DNA of 64,000 nt from an uncultured virus (IMG/VR IMGVR_UViG_3300005827_000008) (Duplodnaviria > Heunggongvirae > Uroviricota > Caudoviricetes). The stretch lies in the IMG/VR virus record IMGVR_UViG_3300005827_000008; one strand, 5' to 3'. Shown here piece by piece: positions 51,260 to 62,556 of the stretch; the stretch's first letter is position 1; each line of letters begins with the position of its first letter. The position numbers were made by a program, and so were the translations under genes. The notes under the pieces are model-generated. The model worked only from the letters and a program-made list of their open reading frames with translations, made no database searches and was not told the origin of the DNA.

Positions 51260-51321
51260 AAATAAATTTTGTTTTCCCAAAATAACACGTTTACTTTGTG
51301 AAACGAAGTAACAGAAAAGAA

Positions 51322-51795
51322 ATGACAAAGTTTAAAGAAGTGAAGCACCTTTACTTAGGGTGCAAGGTGCGGGTTGACATGACAAGTTCAAACATGGGAT
51401 ATAAGGACGGAGCCTTTACAGGGCTGTCCAAAAGCCTAGGAACTTATTTTACCCAAGTGGAGTTCGGTAAAGCCAATTTTCAGGAGTTTCACAACTACCC
51501 GGTAAAGCCTTATTTGCTCCCCCTGTCCGCAATGACGGATGAGCAAATGGTAAGGGTCGGGCTAATCATTAGGAATATTAAGCCCGAAGATGCTACCTAT
51601 GCAGATAAATTGTTTGCCCTAGACGATGCGCCTTTTTTTGCAATAAAAAAAGGGATGAAATGCACGCTATCGTTAGCCCAATGTGTTGAACTAACAAACT
51701 ACTTTCGTTCACAATACTTCGATATTGATGGACTGATTGAATCAGGCGAGGCCATTGACGCAACCACACTAACACCTAACCCATACGCAAAATGA
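51322..51795 (+). CDS. Hypothetical protein, paralogue of 52015-52437
   Basis: Shared K/RP-x-L-x-PL and FDxxGLxxxGxAI motifs. Confidence 0.65.
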   Translation: MTKFKEVKHLYLGCKVRVDMTSSNMGYKDGAFTGLSKSLGTYFTQVEFGKANFQEFHNYPVKPYLLPLSAMTDEQMVRVGLIIRNIKPEDATYADKLFALDDAPFFAIKKGMKCTLSLAQCVELTNYFRSQYFDIDGLIESGEAIDATTLTPNPYAK

Positions 51796-52013
51796 CTAGA
51801 TTCGATTTCCAAAAATTCAGAAAAGACCTTTTGACAAAAAGGATTAATAGCAATTTAGATTTAAGAAGTTGCGCCAAGCAGATAGGCATTTCAGCCCCCA
51901 CTATATCCAGGCTTGAAAGGTGTATGGGGTTTCCTGATTTGGTTTCATTTATGGCTTGCTGTGACTGGATGGAAAAACCACCTGCTAGGTACTTTAAAAA
52001 GGAGGACAAATAA
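51792..52013 (+). CDS. XRE-family HTH protein
   Basis: LRSCAKQIGISAPTISRLER. Confidence 0.85.
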   Translation: MTRFDFQKFRKDLLTKRINSNLDLRSCAKQIGISAPTISRLERCMGFPDLVSFMACCDWMEKPPARYFKKEDK

Positions 52014-52014
52014 T

Positions 52015-53467
52015 ATGGAATTACAGTTGAAACATTTAGCACCTTATTTGCCTTATGAGTTAAAGGCAACGGATACAGATGCAAGCAATGAGTGGATGGG
52101 AATTAAGACGATTATCGGTTTGCACTCTGACACCGTTATTCTTTTGCTCAACAACTTTCCTTACATGGTTAAATTCCACATAACCAAAATTCGTCCACTG
52201 TTAAAACCGCTATATTCATTTGAATACGACCACATTGTTCAAATAAAAGAACATTTAGGATTAGAGCAATGGTGCGACTATTACGATGAATATTTTGATG
52301 CGTGGTTTGACGATGCTGAAAATGTACAAAAGTTGGTTTTACAATGCCCGTATGAAATTATGCAATTTTTTTTAGAATGCCATTTTGATGTATTCGGTCT
52401 TTTAGATGCCGGACTTGCCATAGAAATTAAGGATTAATATTAAAGCGTATATACAATGGATACAGCAGAGTTAAAGAAAATGACCAACTACTACGTTGAC
52501 GATATTAACAAAAGACTTTTGACTATCGAAAGCAACGTAAAGAAAAGAAATAGCTGGGCTTTAATCTATGACAAAATTAAAGCGAACCCATCAAGAACGG
52601 ATGAAAACGTTTTGATGCTAATGACAGAACACTTTGGAAAAGATTGTTTAAAGTCTGTCATTATACAGGTTGCGGAAAGATACGTTAAAGATTATGATGA
52701 TGTCATAACCAGTCAATCTTGCGATTTGAAAATGATTGTTAAGCCAAAAACAGGCAACCAGTAAATCATGAAAAAGTGGCACATAGTCTTCTCATCCATA
52801 TCTGAAACAGGCGACATTTATTGCTCCAAAAGAAAGCAGTTTGCTGTATTGGAGGGCAAATTTAGCAATGAATCAGAAGCCATTTCAGAGGCGTGTGGAA
52901 AGACTTACATTAACCCTAATTACCTATCAGCCATAAAAGGCAGGTATTCTTACTGTAAGGGAAAGCCTTTTGGAATCATTGAAGGTTCCGCAACAAAGTT
53001 TGATTTACTTTACAACGGAAAGGTTATAAAGGAAAATCAGAAAGCAGACTTTTTAAACAGCCACAAGCAGAGCCTTATTTCCACTGGGTTCTACAATAAA
53101 AATAAATTCTCATTCTCCCCACGGGGGTAAACCTTTAAAAAAAAACATGAAAGAAATAAGAATGGATTACTCTGAGTACGAAGAAATGGTAAAAACCATA
53201 CAAACTCAGCAAGATGCTATTGAGGAATTTAAGAAAGCCTCCAATGTTGTCTTGGTTGATAACAGGCATAGCACCGTACCCGACATTAGGTGGTTTAGCG
53301 GGCGCATACCGGTGGTTGTTTCGGATGGCGAACTGGCAAAGTCAATGATGAAAGACGAATTTGACCGATTATTCGCGGAGGCAAAAAATATTGAAGTGAA
53401 AGCGTTTCGCCAACAGGTACCCGACCCTGCGCCTATCTTTAATACTAGGAAGTGGTGGCATCTTTAA
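52015..53467 (+). CDS. Four hypothetical genes (52015-52437, 52456-52764, 52768-53130, 53147-53467)
   Basis: Packed co-oriented ORFs. Confidence 0.6.
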
Positions 53468-53478
53468 ATTTATACATC

Positions 53479-53880
53479 ATGACACGCATACGCAAATACC
53501 AGGGAGTTTGTTTGAAAACCGGAAACCTGATACAAGGCACCAGTTTACTCGTTTATGACGAAGAATCTGGATTAGCCAAACCCGGAGAAAACGTCTTTAT
53601 CATGGACGGATACGGACATACATTCAATATTATACCCGATTCAGCAGGGGACTTTACAGGCGAACAAGACATAAACGGGCAAGACCTTTATGAGCATGAT
53701 ACGTTTAGAAGTGTATTAAGAGATTGGGTTGTGATTTTTGACCAAGGTTGCTTTTGTGCGGCACCGATTGTGGACGGAGTTGTTGATATGCGGCAGGGGA
53801 CTATCACCCTTACCGCAATACGATCTGTGTTTGGCAAAGTTAAAACAGGAAACATTTATATTAAACAGCTATCAAAATGA
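53479..53880 (+). CDS. YopX-family protein
   Basis: IIPDSAGDFTGEQDINGQDLYEHD...VIFDQGCF...GNIY. Confidence 0.7.
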   Translation: MTRIRKYQGVCLKTGNLIQGTSLLVYDEESGLAKPGENVFIMDGYGHTFNIIPDSAGDFTGEQDINGQDLYEHDTFRSVLRDWVVIFDQGCFCAAPIVDGVVDMRQGTITLTAIRSVFGKVKTGNIYIKQLSK

Positions 53881-54783
53881 GCAACGGAGAAACAGAAGGA
53901 ATAAAGCCCACTTATATCATGGGGATTGACACCGCAAGCAAAGATAAGGCGTATTGCCTAGCCAGATGGTACAATGGGAACCATGAAATCATCTTTACCA
54001 AAACAACGAAAGACCAATCTTTGTTTAAAAGAGAGATTGACAGTCTGTGCAGTATCTTTAACGCACAATTGGTGCATGAGGTGAGTAGCGAAGACATTAA
54101 AAAAAATAGTCACAAAAAATACCCACTAACTCCAAGCGAATCCTTTTCACCAGAAGAAACAATAAAAGCAGCTTTGGATAAAATCAGCGAACTGCAAAAG
54201 CAACATACAATAATGTTAAACGCCATCCGTGACCATAAGGCAGTATCGGATTCGTCATTTTTTGAACTTAGGCTGCCTGACGAGATTAAGCAAATTTTAT
54301 AGCCATGAGATTAGATACAGACAGGCAAAAAGAACAGGAGCCAAAGCGCATAGAATACGCTGTTTCCCGACTTGCTCAGATTGGCATAGAGATAGATTAT
54401 GAGGACGACAAAAAGATTAAGTTCACTCATAAGGGGCATGAAGTCACCTTGTACCCATATTCCGGCTGGTTTACTGGTAAATCAGTAATGGACGGGAGGG
54501 GAGTCGAAAACCTTATTAAACAACTTTTATAAATTACAATATGACAAAAGAAAAAATTTACCCCAAAGGCATTATGACCTTTGCGCCTCACGCAAAAGCC
54601 CCGGCATCCGTGTTGGCCTCAATCATTATTTCACCAAGTACTTTAGCGGAATGGCTGGAAGAAAACCCCGACTGCCTTACTCACAGCGAAAAGTACGGTA
54701 CGCAACTTAAACTTGTTGTTAAAAAGAACAATGAGAACAAGGTTTACTGTGAAGTGGACACCTATAAATCTGGAAGCAATTAA
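53877..54783 (+). CDS. Three hypothetical genes (53877-54302, 54305-54532, 54541-54783 possible small SSB-like)
   Basis: Packed ORFs upstream of the recombination genes. Confidence 0.55.
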
Positions 54784-54795
54784 TCTACAACCAAT

Positions 54796-55605
54796 ATGAC
54801 AACCCCGTTTAAGGTCACTCAGTCCGCAATGAAAGATTTTCTTTCGTACACAAATGGCAATATGTGTGGGCTTCAATATGTAGCAAAATACTTTGACGGA
54901 ATGGAGTTTCCAGCTTCCGACCCAATGAAACTTGGACAGTACTTTGAATACATGGCAACCGGGGCTAAAACTAAATTTGGGCATACGCCTGTTGCTGAAA
55001 AAACACAAGCAGGGAAATTGACCGCCAATTACCAGAGGGCAGAAAAGCAGGTTGAGAACTTTAAGCGAATGATGGATTTTTACGGGTTTAAAATCGAACA
55101 CGTAGCAAAGCGGATACAGCACGATAATTCGACTGGCGACTTTGATACAGTTGTCTTGCTGACAAAAGATATTGCACTTGCTGATACTGTATTGCCAGAG
55201 GGATCAAGGTGTATTATTGACTTAAAATATAGCGGACTTCTTTACGACAAGTGGAATGAAATGGGATGGGATGCCGAAAGATTACCTGAGAAAGAAAACA
55301 TAATGACTCAATCCGTGCATTACACATGGTTAGGGCTAAAGGTTTTTAATGAACATATGCCCTTCTTTTTTGCCGTATTTTCGTCTACCAACGAAACCGA
55401 TCATGAATTGTTCCATATCAATATTGACGAGGAAAGAATACATAAGCATGAGGGTTTTGTTAAAACAGCATACACCATAATACAGAATGAATACAAAAAG
55501 GGATTTAAGCCACACGCCCATTATAAAAGATGCGGGGAGTGCCCGTTAATGCCAAACTGCAAATACGCCATATCAGTACCTCAAATAAAAACTATTAATT
55601 ATTAA
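54796..55605 (+). CDS. PD-(D/E)XK exonuclease, Cas4/AddB-like
   Basis: GDFD...IIDLK...QSVHY; N-terminal Cys plus C-terminal CxxCxxxxxC. Confidence 0.75.
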   Translation: MTTPFKVTQSAMKDFLSYTNGNMCGLQYVAKYFDGMEFPASDPMKLGQYFEYMATGAKTKFGHTPVAEKTQAGKLTANYQRAEKQVENFKRMMDFYGFKIEHVAKRIQHDNSTGDFDTVVLLTKDIALADTVLPEGSRCIIDLKYSGLLYDKWNEMGWDAERLPEKENIMTQSVHYTWLGLKVFNEHMPFFFAVFSSTNETDHELFHINIDEERIHKHEGFVKTAYTIIQNEYKKGFKPHAHYKRCGECPLMPNCKYAISVPQIKTINY

Positions 55606-55609
55606 TTAT

Positions 55610-56530
55610 ATGACAACCCCAGCAGAAACAAAAAAACAACTTGCCCCGTGGAAACAGCAGCTTCTCATCGCAGAGCAAAAGTGCCTAGCAATAACCAATC
55701 CCGAAAGAGTTAAAATAGAACTTGGCTTTGCAGCGCAACTTCTACAAAACTCCGCAGACTTGCAAAAATGCACCCCAGAAAGTATTCAGAACGCAGTAAT
55801 AAATGTTGCACGAACTGGCGTTACCCTTAACCCTATTATGAAATTTGCTCACCTTGTTAACCGGGGGGGTAAATGCACACTGGATATTGATTACAAGGGT
55901 TTGATTAAGATAATGATTGACAATGAATGTTGTAAAAACATTATTGCAATCATTGTGTATGACGATGAAGAATTTGAAGAAAGCGAAAGCCCAATCCAAC
56001 CACACGCCCACAAAAGAAAGCATGTTGACACGGAAGAAGAACAGGCAAAACGCAAGATAATCGGGGTTTACAGCCGTGTGCTAATGATGGATAACACCGT
56101 TATGTACACTGAGTTTATGCCTTACTGGCACGTATTGAAAGTTGAAAAGTCAAGCCCTGCCGCAAGGTCACAGTATTCACCGTGGAAGTCATGGAGAGAA
56201 AGCATGATTAAGAAAACTAAGATTCGCTATGACTTTAAGTTCCTGCCGCCCCGCAACACGTCAAATGAAATTTCTGCAATTATTGAACTGGAAGATCAGA
56301 ATAACGGAGCCGCAAAGCCTATTCAAAGCGGGAAAAGAGGGTTGGCCGATGTATTTAATATTGATGAGGCAAGTTTTGAGGAAATAAGCGATATAACAAC
56401 CGAAGATCAATTAAGGGAATTGCTTTCAACTAAAAACACCCCAGAAGAAGTTGAGGAACTGCAAAAGCAAATAGGGGCAAACTTTCCAAAAGAAATATTT
56501 ACCGACCGCATAGACCAACTTAAAAAGTAG
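55610..56530 (+). CDS. recT: RecT-family single-strand annealing protein
   Basis: LQKCTPESI, GVTLNP, LDIDYKGLI, SPW..WRESMIKKTKIR. Confidence 0.85.
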   Translation: MTTPAETKKQLAPWKQQLLIAEQKCLAITNPERVKIELGFAAQLLQNSADLQKCTPESIQNAVINVARTGVTLNPIMKFAHLVNRGGKCTLDIDYKGLIKIMIDNECCKNIIAIIVYDDEEFEESESPIQPHAHKRKHVDTEEEQAKRKIIGVYSRVLMMDNTVMYTEFMPYWHVLKVEKSSPAARSQYSPWKSWRESMIKKTKIRYDFKFLPPRNTSNEISAIIELEDQNNGAAKPIQSGKRGLADVFNIDEASFEEISDITTEDQLRELLSTKNTPEEVEELQKQIGANFPKEIFTDRIDQLKK

Positions 56531-56607
56531 GGGTGTGCCGCAGATTTGCAGCAGAATTATTAAGCATCAATATCCCAGACCCAGAAGAACAATTAGCAAT
56601 ATAAAGC

Positions 56608-56784
56608 ATGAAAATAACAGTAAAAACCACCATGATAGAACTGGCCGTGGAAGACCATGTAGTTCTTGGCACGGATAATTACCCGGCCAGAAGTTTAGCC
56701 CCCACTATTGAAGCAGTTCAGGGGGTAATAACAGAAGCTATCCGGCTTCATAATGAAGTAGCAAAGGGGTATGAAGTAAAGTAA
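56608..56784 (+). CDS. 58-aa hypothetical protein (not in ORF track)
   Basis: MKITVKTTMIELAVEDHV...GYEVK; its TAA forms the TAAC junction of cassette 5. Confidence 0.5.
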   Translation: MKITVKTTMIELAVEDHVVLGTDNYPARSLAPTIEAVQGVITEAIRLHNEVAKGYEVK

Positions 56785-57240
56785 CGACCGAGTATTGCCG
56801 AAGTTGGGGAATTGGCAGTACCGAAGTTGATTTAAAAACAAATGATAACAAATTATTCAAAAGCCCATCAAAGTACGTCAAGCCCCAATTTTGGCAATAC
56901 TTATGTTAGGCACGGTACGGTAAAATTATGGAATACGCTGATGTAATTTCTCTTGGGTGGAAAGATAGAAACCCTGAAAGTAAAAATGAAAATACAAAGA
57001 CATTTATTTATGAATCCGAAGGTTTTGATTACCACATAATGAGTGTCGGATTTGGTTGTGGTGATGATACAGCTTTTGACTTGATAATGATAAACTGTGT
57101 GCCTCAAGAAACTGTGTCAAATATTTGGGAAAATTCCGAAACCCATTTTTACGGTGAAATGAAAACAAAACAAGAGTTAGATATAACAATGCAACTTGTC
57201 GGGGTTACTCAATATAGAGGGTTGTAGTATTGTGCCTAAC
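56783..57240 (+). mobile_element. Integron-like gene cassette 5 (gene 56928-57227)
   Basis: Arms GAGTATTGCCGAAGTTGGGG / CCCCAATTTTGGCAATACTT; GTTAGGCACGGTAC (56905) is mirrored by GTATTGTGCCTAAC (ends 57240). Confidence 0.8.
56928..57227 (+). CDS. Cassette-borne hypothetical protein, 99 aa
   Basis: ORF fills the cassette; the stop abuts the inverse core. Confidence 0.7.
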   Translation: MEYADVISLGWKDRNPESKNENTKTFIYESEGFDYHIMSVGFGCGDDTAFDLIMINCVPQETVSNIWENSETHFYGEMKTKQELDITMQLVGVTQYRGL

Positions 57241-57340
57241 ATAAAATATGTACCGCACCTCATGTAATTCAATTAAACACAGACAGTTGATATGAACGTT
57301 TCTGAACACGTGCAGTTTTTCATTCAGGAAATGAAACGCC

Positions 57341-57841
57341 TTACCGCCCCTGCTTATTAGCCGCAATCATTTCCTTAATCTGGTCAAGAGAAAGTAGGCT
57401 GTATTCGGCCTTTAACTTTTCAAACAGTTCAAGATACTTGGCATAACCAGGGTACTCATGTAGCTTTTCTTTGGCCGCTAGAGTACCTTGATCTATTGTG
57501 TTGTGTACCCACGTTTGCAGTAAAACAATGTTTTTAGGGTTTAACAGCCATGCTTTGTGGTTCTTTTTATTCAGCACATGAGCGCAATTTGACGGGGATG
57601 GATTCCTGATGGCAGTACCCGTAATAAAGCAAATGTGGGGGCGTTCAGCTATTATCTTATCGAAGACAGCCTTTTCCCCTGTCACGGTTCTTTTTTTGCT
57701 TATGGCCGTCCTAACAAGCTCTTTTACCAGTTTCCTTGTGTCAGACCTTTCCCCTTTCACCGGAATCCGGCACTTTGCGCATAATCCATCTTTTAAAGTG
57801 GACAGGCGGTTGCAGGTTGAGCAGTAGCCGGGTTTATTCAT
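57341..57841 (-). CDS. HNH-like/NinG-like nuclease (tentative)
   Basis: CFITG...NCAHVL...NIVLL...HNTID plus N-terminal CxxC pairs. Confidence 0.5.
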   Translation of the reverse strand: MNKPGYCSTCNRLSTLKDGLCAKCRIPVKGERSDTRKLVKELVRTAISKKRTVTGEKAVFDKIIAERPHICFITGTAIRNPSPSNCAHVLNKKNHKAWLLNPKNIVLLQTWVHNTIDQGTLAAKEKLHEYPGYAKYLELFEKLKAEYSLLSLDQIKEMIAANKQGR

Positions 57842-58336
57842 TTAGATTCCTTTCATAAAAGCCATCCAGATTGTTTTTGCCTGTCTTCCGGTGGTGTGTC
57901 CAAAAAGTGGTTTATAGGGTATAATATCCAGAACTTGGCTAGAAGTTATTTCGCTTTCGTTCCACTTAAAAATAAGCGTTCCATTTGGCTTTAGTACTCT
58001 AAAACATTCGGAAAATCCCTTTTGTAGCATAAACTGCCAATCTTCGGGCAGTCTGCCGTATTTTTTAGCCATCCAACTGTTTTGTCCCAATGTTTTAAGG
58101 TGTGGCGGGTCAAATACTACCATTGCAAAACTTTCATCTTCAAATGGCATTTCCGTAAAATCAGCCACTAAATCAGGCTTTACTTCAATAGTCCTTATTC
58201 CGGTTTTGCAACTGCTGTCTTTTGCCTCAACTGTTTCTCTTCGTTTGTCAATAAACAGCACATTCGGGTTTTCTTTGTCAAACCAAAACATTTTACTCCC
58301 GCAACAAGCATCTAAAATAAGTTTTTCGTTATTCAT
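57842..58336 (-). CDS. SAM-dependent DNA amino-methyltransferase-like protein
   Basis: ILDACCGSKMFWFDK, VVFDPPH and RVLKPNGTLIFKWNE motifs. Confidence 0.85.
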   Translation of the reverse strand: MNNEKLILDACCGSKMFWFDKENPNVLFIDKRRETVEAKDSSCKTGIRTIEVKPDLVADFTEMPFEDESFAMVVFDPPHLKTLGQNSWMAKKYGRLPEDWQFMLQKGFSECFRVLKPNGTLIFKWNESEITSSQVLDIIPYKPLFGHTTGRQAKTIWMAFMKGI

Positions 58337-58340
58337 GCTT

Positions 58341-61300
58341 TTACTTGTTAATTGAATTATACCATTTTACGGCATCCACCAAGGCGTTGAATATGTCCGT
58401 AACGGTGCCTTTGGTAAAGGCGTGTACAATCCATTCGTTATGCACCCTTGCGCCTCTTGCGCCCAATGATTCTAATTGCGAATCTTTTTGGTGTTGCACT
58501 TCCCTGAATTTCACCCACACAGGCCACAACCAATCGAGTGAGGCGTGAAATTGAAGCTGGAACCACTCAAAGTCTTTAGCCTCTCCCTTCCACGGGTATG
58601 AGTATTTCCACCCTTGCTTGTTTTTGGCTGGCACCTTTGCTGGGTACACCGTTTTTCCAATAAATTCTGCCAGTACTATATTTCCGGCATTCTCTTGCTC
58701 TGTCATAATTTTACTTGTTATTTTTCGTCCATTAATTTATTTAATTTCACCAGTTCTGTATCAAAATTTATCCTGTGGCTTGACCTTGTGCCGTCCGTGC
58801 GTGTTTTGTACAATACGCCCAGATAAAGGTAGCAGACGGTTTTACAGCCGTTGGCTTCTACTGCCTCTACCTTCTGGACTTGTTCTAGTTGTTTCATGAA
58901 ATTATAGAACTCCCTCGTAAATTGACACCTCGAATTTATGAGAATAGAAGTCGCCTAGTCCTCCGGCATCAACTTGAAGGGCTGGCTCGTATTCGGGGTG
59001 CTTAAAAACCACCTGCGTCCCTTCGTGTATTCTGATAAATTCAGAAAGCCCAACATATTTTATAAACCAGTCCATTGACCAGTTATTGTCCATACTTTCT
59101 TCCGAAAAGTATCTGTATTCAGTTTCTCCATTTTCAAAGAAACTATGTACCGTGTTTGGCATGTGATTGTGATTCATTTTATCTGCTGTTTAAATTGTTA
59201 GTAATTGTTTATTTTCTCAGTTTCCTTTTCTTAATTTCATCCCTCACAATAGGGTTGACAATAAATGCAGAGCCTCCACGCCCGCGGTTTCGCACAAACA
59301 TAGGCAAGTTGAGTTCAAAGGCCGTATCAAACAATTCCTTTTCATCTGGGGTTAATGGCCTTGGCTTTACCAGAGTCCCGTCCGGCGCCTTTACTTTCAT
59401 GTGTTCGCTGTAAAATTCTGATGGATTCATATTTTTAATTGTTTATTTTCTTGTTTTAATCATTCGTAACCATTTTTCAAAAGGCGCCCTTGTGCCAGGG
59501 TTTTCCGTATGCTGTATAAGGGGTATGGGTGCCCAATTTTTGGGGAGCGTTACCAGTTTCCCCGATAAAGTTATGGTGGTTCTCATTTTTTGCCTCCTTG
59601 TGTTTTATCCGGTTTTGGTGCCCGGTTTGGTTCTGGTTTAATAATTTGCAGTGCATCGTCCAGAATTTCATTAATTCGCCTTAATTCGCGGGCTACTTGT
59701 TGTTTTTCTTCTTTGTTCATGGCTTTAAAATTAGTTTACCGTCCTCACTTTGTTTAGGTGATTGGTTATTTTCCGATTTGCCCACTGGATCAATTTCACC
59801 GCATCCCTGCTGACCATCCCGCAACAGGGTTTACCATTGTACATTATGGTTATAAAGTGGGTTTCCTGCCTTGTGGTAAGTTCGTAAGTCATGGCTATGC
59901 TTTAATGTTTTCAATTTTTTCGCCCAGTTTCATTAACTGGTGTTCGAGCATAGACATAGATGACCCTAGTTGAGTAATAGTTGACTCAATATTCGCCTGC
60001 AACCTGTCCTCTCTTAACTGGCGGTTTACATCTACCGATTCAGAAAAAATACCCAATTTATACATATACTCATCAATAGTATATTTAGGGGCCTCAATAG
60101 TTGCAGATACGCATTGAGTTTCATCTTTGCCAACAACAACATGTTCCGTTCCGTTCCATTCAGTTTTATCTTTGTAGCCTGAAACATGAACTATTGCGTG
60201 GTTTAATTCATCATTAACTTTGAATCCCAAGTCGTTTTCCCATACTTCTTTTACTTCGCCATTAGCGAAGCGCATTACTACGGATATACTATGTATCCAT
60301 GTTTGCATGCCGATTAATTTCAATTCTTTCATGTGTATTTTTGTTTATTGATTTTCTTTAAAATAGATTAATTTGAGTATCTGTATAAAATATCTCCCCT
60401 TTTTTAAATTCGTGGTTCTCAGTTTTCTTTAACTGTAATTTCCCTTCTCTATACAGTTTTAGTATCTCCTTTTGCGCGTTTCCGGGCTTATTTGCGCCAC
60501 TTTCTACCGTCAAAAGGTCGTCAGCCACACTCAGGCACGTTTCAGGGGCGTATTGCTGTCCGGGGTTGTCTAAATCTATGATCCAGTTTCCTTGTAACCT
60601 GCCCGCAAAAGCATGGCCTTTATGTTTGCCTGATACTATTTTAAACTGCATGACCTTATTTTTTCTTCTTCAAAATTAGCCATTTTTTGAATTTCACCCG
60701 TGTTGGGGTGTCCATCCATTGCCGGAGGGCTTTGTCTCCAGTGGTGTCAATATTATGCAAGCAGACTGCACAGGTAAATGTTACTTTCCTTGTGGTGGTT
60801 GCTTCCTTGTGGGTGTCATAGGCGGCAATTACAGCCACGGTGACGGAAATAAGGGTTAAAAGTAGTTTCATGCTATGCTGGTTTTTAAAATTTCAATATA
60901 TTGGTTCACAATCGGTGCCGCATCGAATTTTCTCACAATATCGGACGGGGCAAGGCTGTCCCTTCTTATCCCTATTGTGGTAGGCGTTTTGCCTATTATC
61001 TGCATTTCACACTCATAAAGGATATTTCCCGCTTTCGATACTCTGGTTTTTCTGCCAATGTACACATACTCGGCCCTGGTTGTTAAATACCATGTGTTAG
61101 GCTCAATTTGTTCGGTCATGTTATTTAATTAAAAAAATGTAATCAATCGCACTGTGTATAATATGAAGATAGCGCCCTTTAACCCCAAACAAAACGCCCG
61201 TTTTTACATTTGTATAATCTTCGTAAAAGGTTCTAAGGTTCAATTGTAGGCCATTAAACAGCGTAGCGTCAAACTGTTTAATCAATCTTTTAGCGGTGTT

Positions 61301-62353
61301 CCAGCTTATTTTCTTGCCGTTTTTCTCCGCAAATTCCCCAATTTCTGCACTTGAGCAAGTGCCAATAAATTCCAGTATTTCCATGATATTTTTATTTAAT
61401 GTTTGCTTGCAAGCGGGTGCCCTTTCGATGAGCCACGGCCGAACCGTCCCGCCTTGTGGCTATTCTTTGTTCATGTCCCTATCGTGCAAAGGGATGGGGT
61501 ATTTGTTTAATTCCTTTACTCGGCTGTCTGAGCAAGTTATAAAAGTACCTCCAAAGGTATAAAATCCCCTTTCCATTGGTTCAGCGTGCACATATTCGCT
61601 GCCTCCTATTTGCCGCCTTACGATGCGAACTGCCGGGGTATCTTCGCTTGCCTCAAATATTGGGGCAATTTGTTCATCTATAATGGTAACGGATTTTTTG
61701 CCGTGCATTACATTTATTTTGCTATCGTATGTACTCCGATATATTTCTGCTATTAATCCTTTCATGTTATTTGATTTTATAGGTTATACCAAAATTATGT
61801 AAAGGGATAAGGCGCAAACTCATGTTAATGCGCATAAGTGCAAGAGCGTGTTCTGCTTTCAGGTATTCAAAACTTGAATCTGCCAAATACACCCGCTTAA
61901 ATTCCTTTTCAAATTCCGGCAATACGTTATGGTTTTCATCATGCGTAAATCCGTTTTTATATCTGGCTATCAGCCTTTTTGCGTCTCTGTTTAATTCTTG
62001 CTTTGTCATTATCTTGTTTATTAAGGGTTTAATGTATTTTTAAATTGTTATTAATCAGTATAAAATGGGGTTGTACGGTTATCCCCACCGCCCGCTAAAA
62101 TCGCGGCAAAAACGGGCTAATCTTAGGCGAAACTAGGGAACTCACTAAACATTGTTTCACCTCCAAATGCTTGTAAATAGCTTATTTCTTTAGAAATTTC
62201 AACTCCGCGAACCGAAAGCGCAAGAGGTGTAAAAATTTCGCATCCTTTGGTATGACAGCCCTTTGCCCCTCCCTTAAATTTACCGGCTGCAAACCTAAAC
62301 GCCTGTTCCCGGTGTCCGCGTAAATTGATAATGTTGTTGATATTGTATTTCAT
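58341..62353 (-). CDS. Minus-strand operon of small hypothetical (probably early) genes, e.g. 58341-58706, 58718-58897, 58902-59177, 59209-59430, 59895-60332, 60358-60651, 60656-60871, 60868-61119, 61121-61384, 61460-61765, 61767-62009, 62123-62353
   Basis: Packed co-oriented ORFs downstream of promoter TACCTTTG (minus, 62395-62402). Confidence 0.6.
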
Positions 62354-62394
62354 TGCGATTTTTATTTAAGTCGCTCAACCGTTGAACGACATGA

Positions 62395-62534
62395 CAAAGG
62401 TATAAAGCCAGATTTAAAATGCAATAGGCAACCAATAATATTTTTATAAATAATTTTAACTTACTGAAATACAGGCTAATATTTTTTTATACAATATTTT
62501 TCTTGCTTGTTTGCGCAAAATTAAAGTACATTTG
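62395..62534. promoter_or_regulatory. Divergent Bacteroidota-type promoter pair
   Basis: TACCTTTG on minus (62395-62402) and TACATTTG on plus (62527-62534) flank an AT-rich spacer. Confidence 0.7.
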
Positions 62535-62556
62535 TACTCAGATAACAGTTAATAAT

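Noticed and set aside
54796..55605. CRISPR-Cas system suggested by the Cas4-like nuclease
   Set aside because: No repeat-spacer array or other cas genes; it sits next to RecT as a recombination exonuclease
58718..58897. tRNA-like or structured RNA around ACGGCTGTAAAACCGT (minus strand)
   Set aside because: The region is an open 59-codon ORF in the operon and lacks D and T arms
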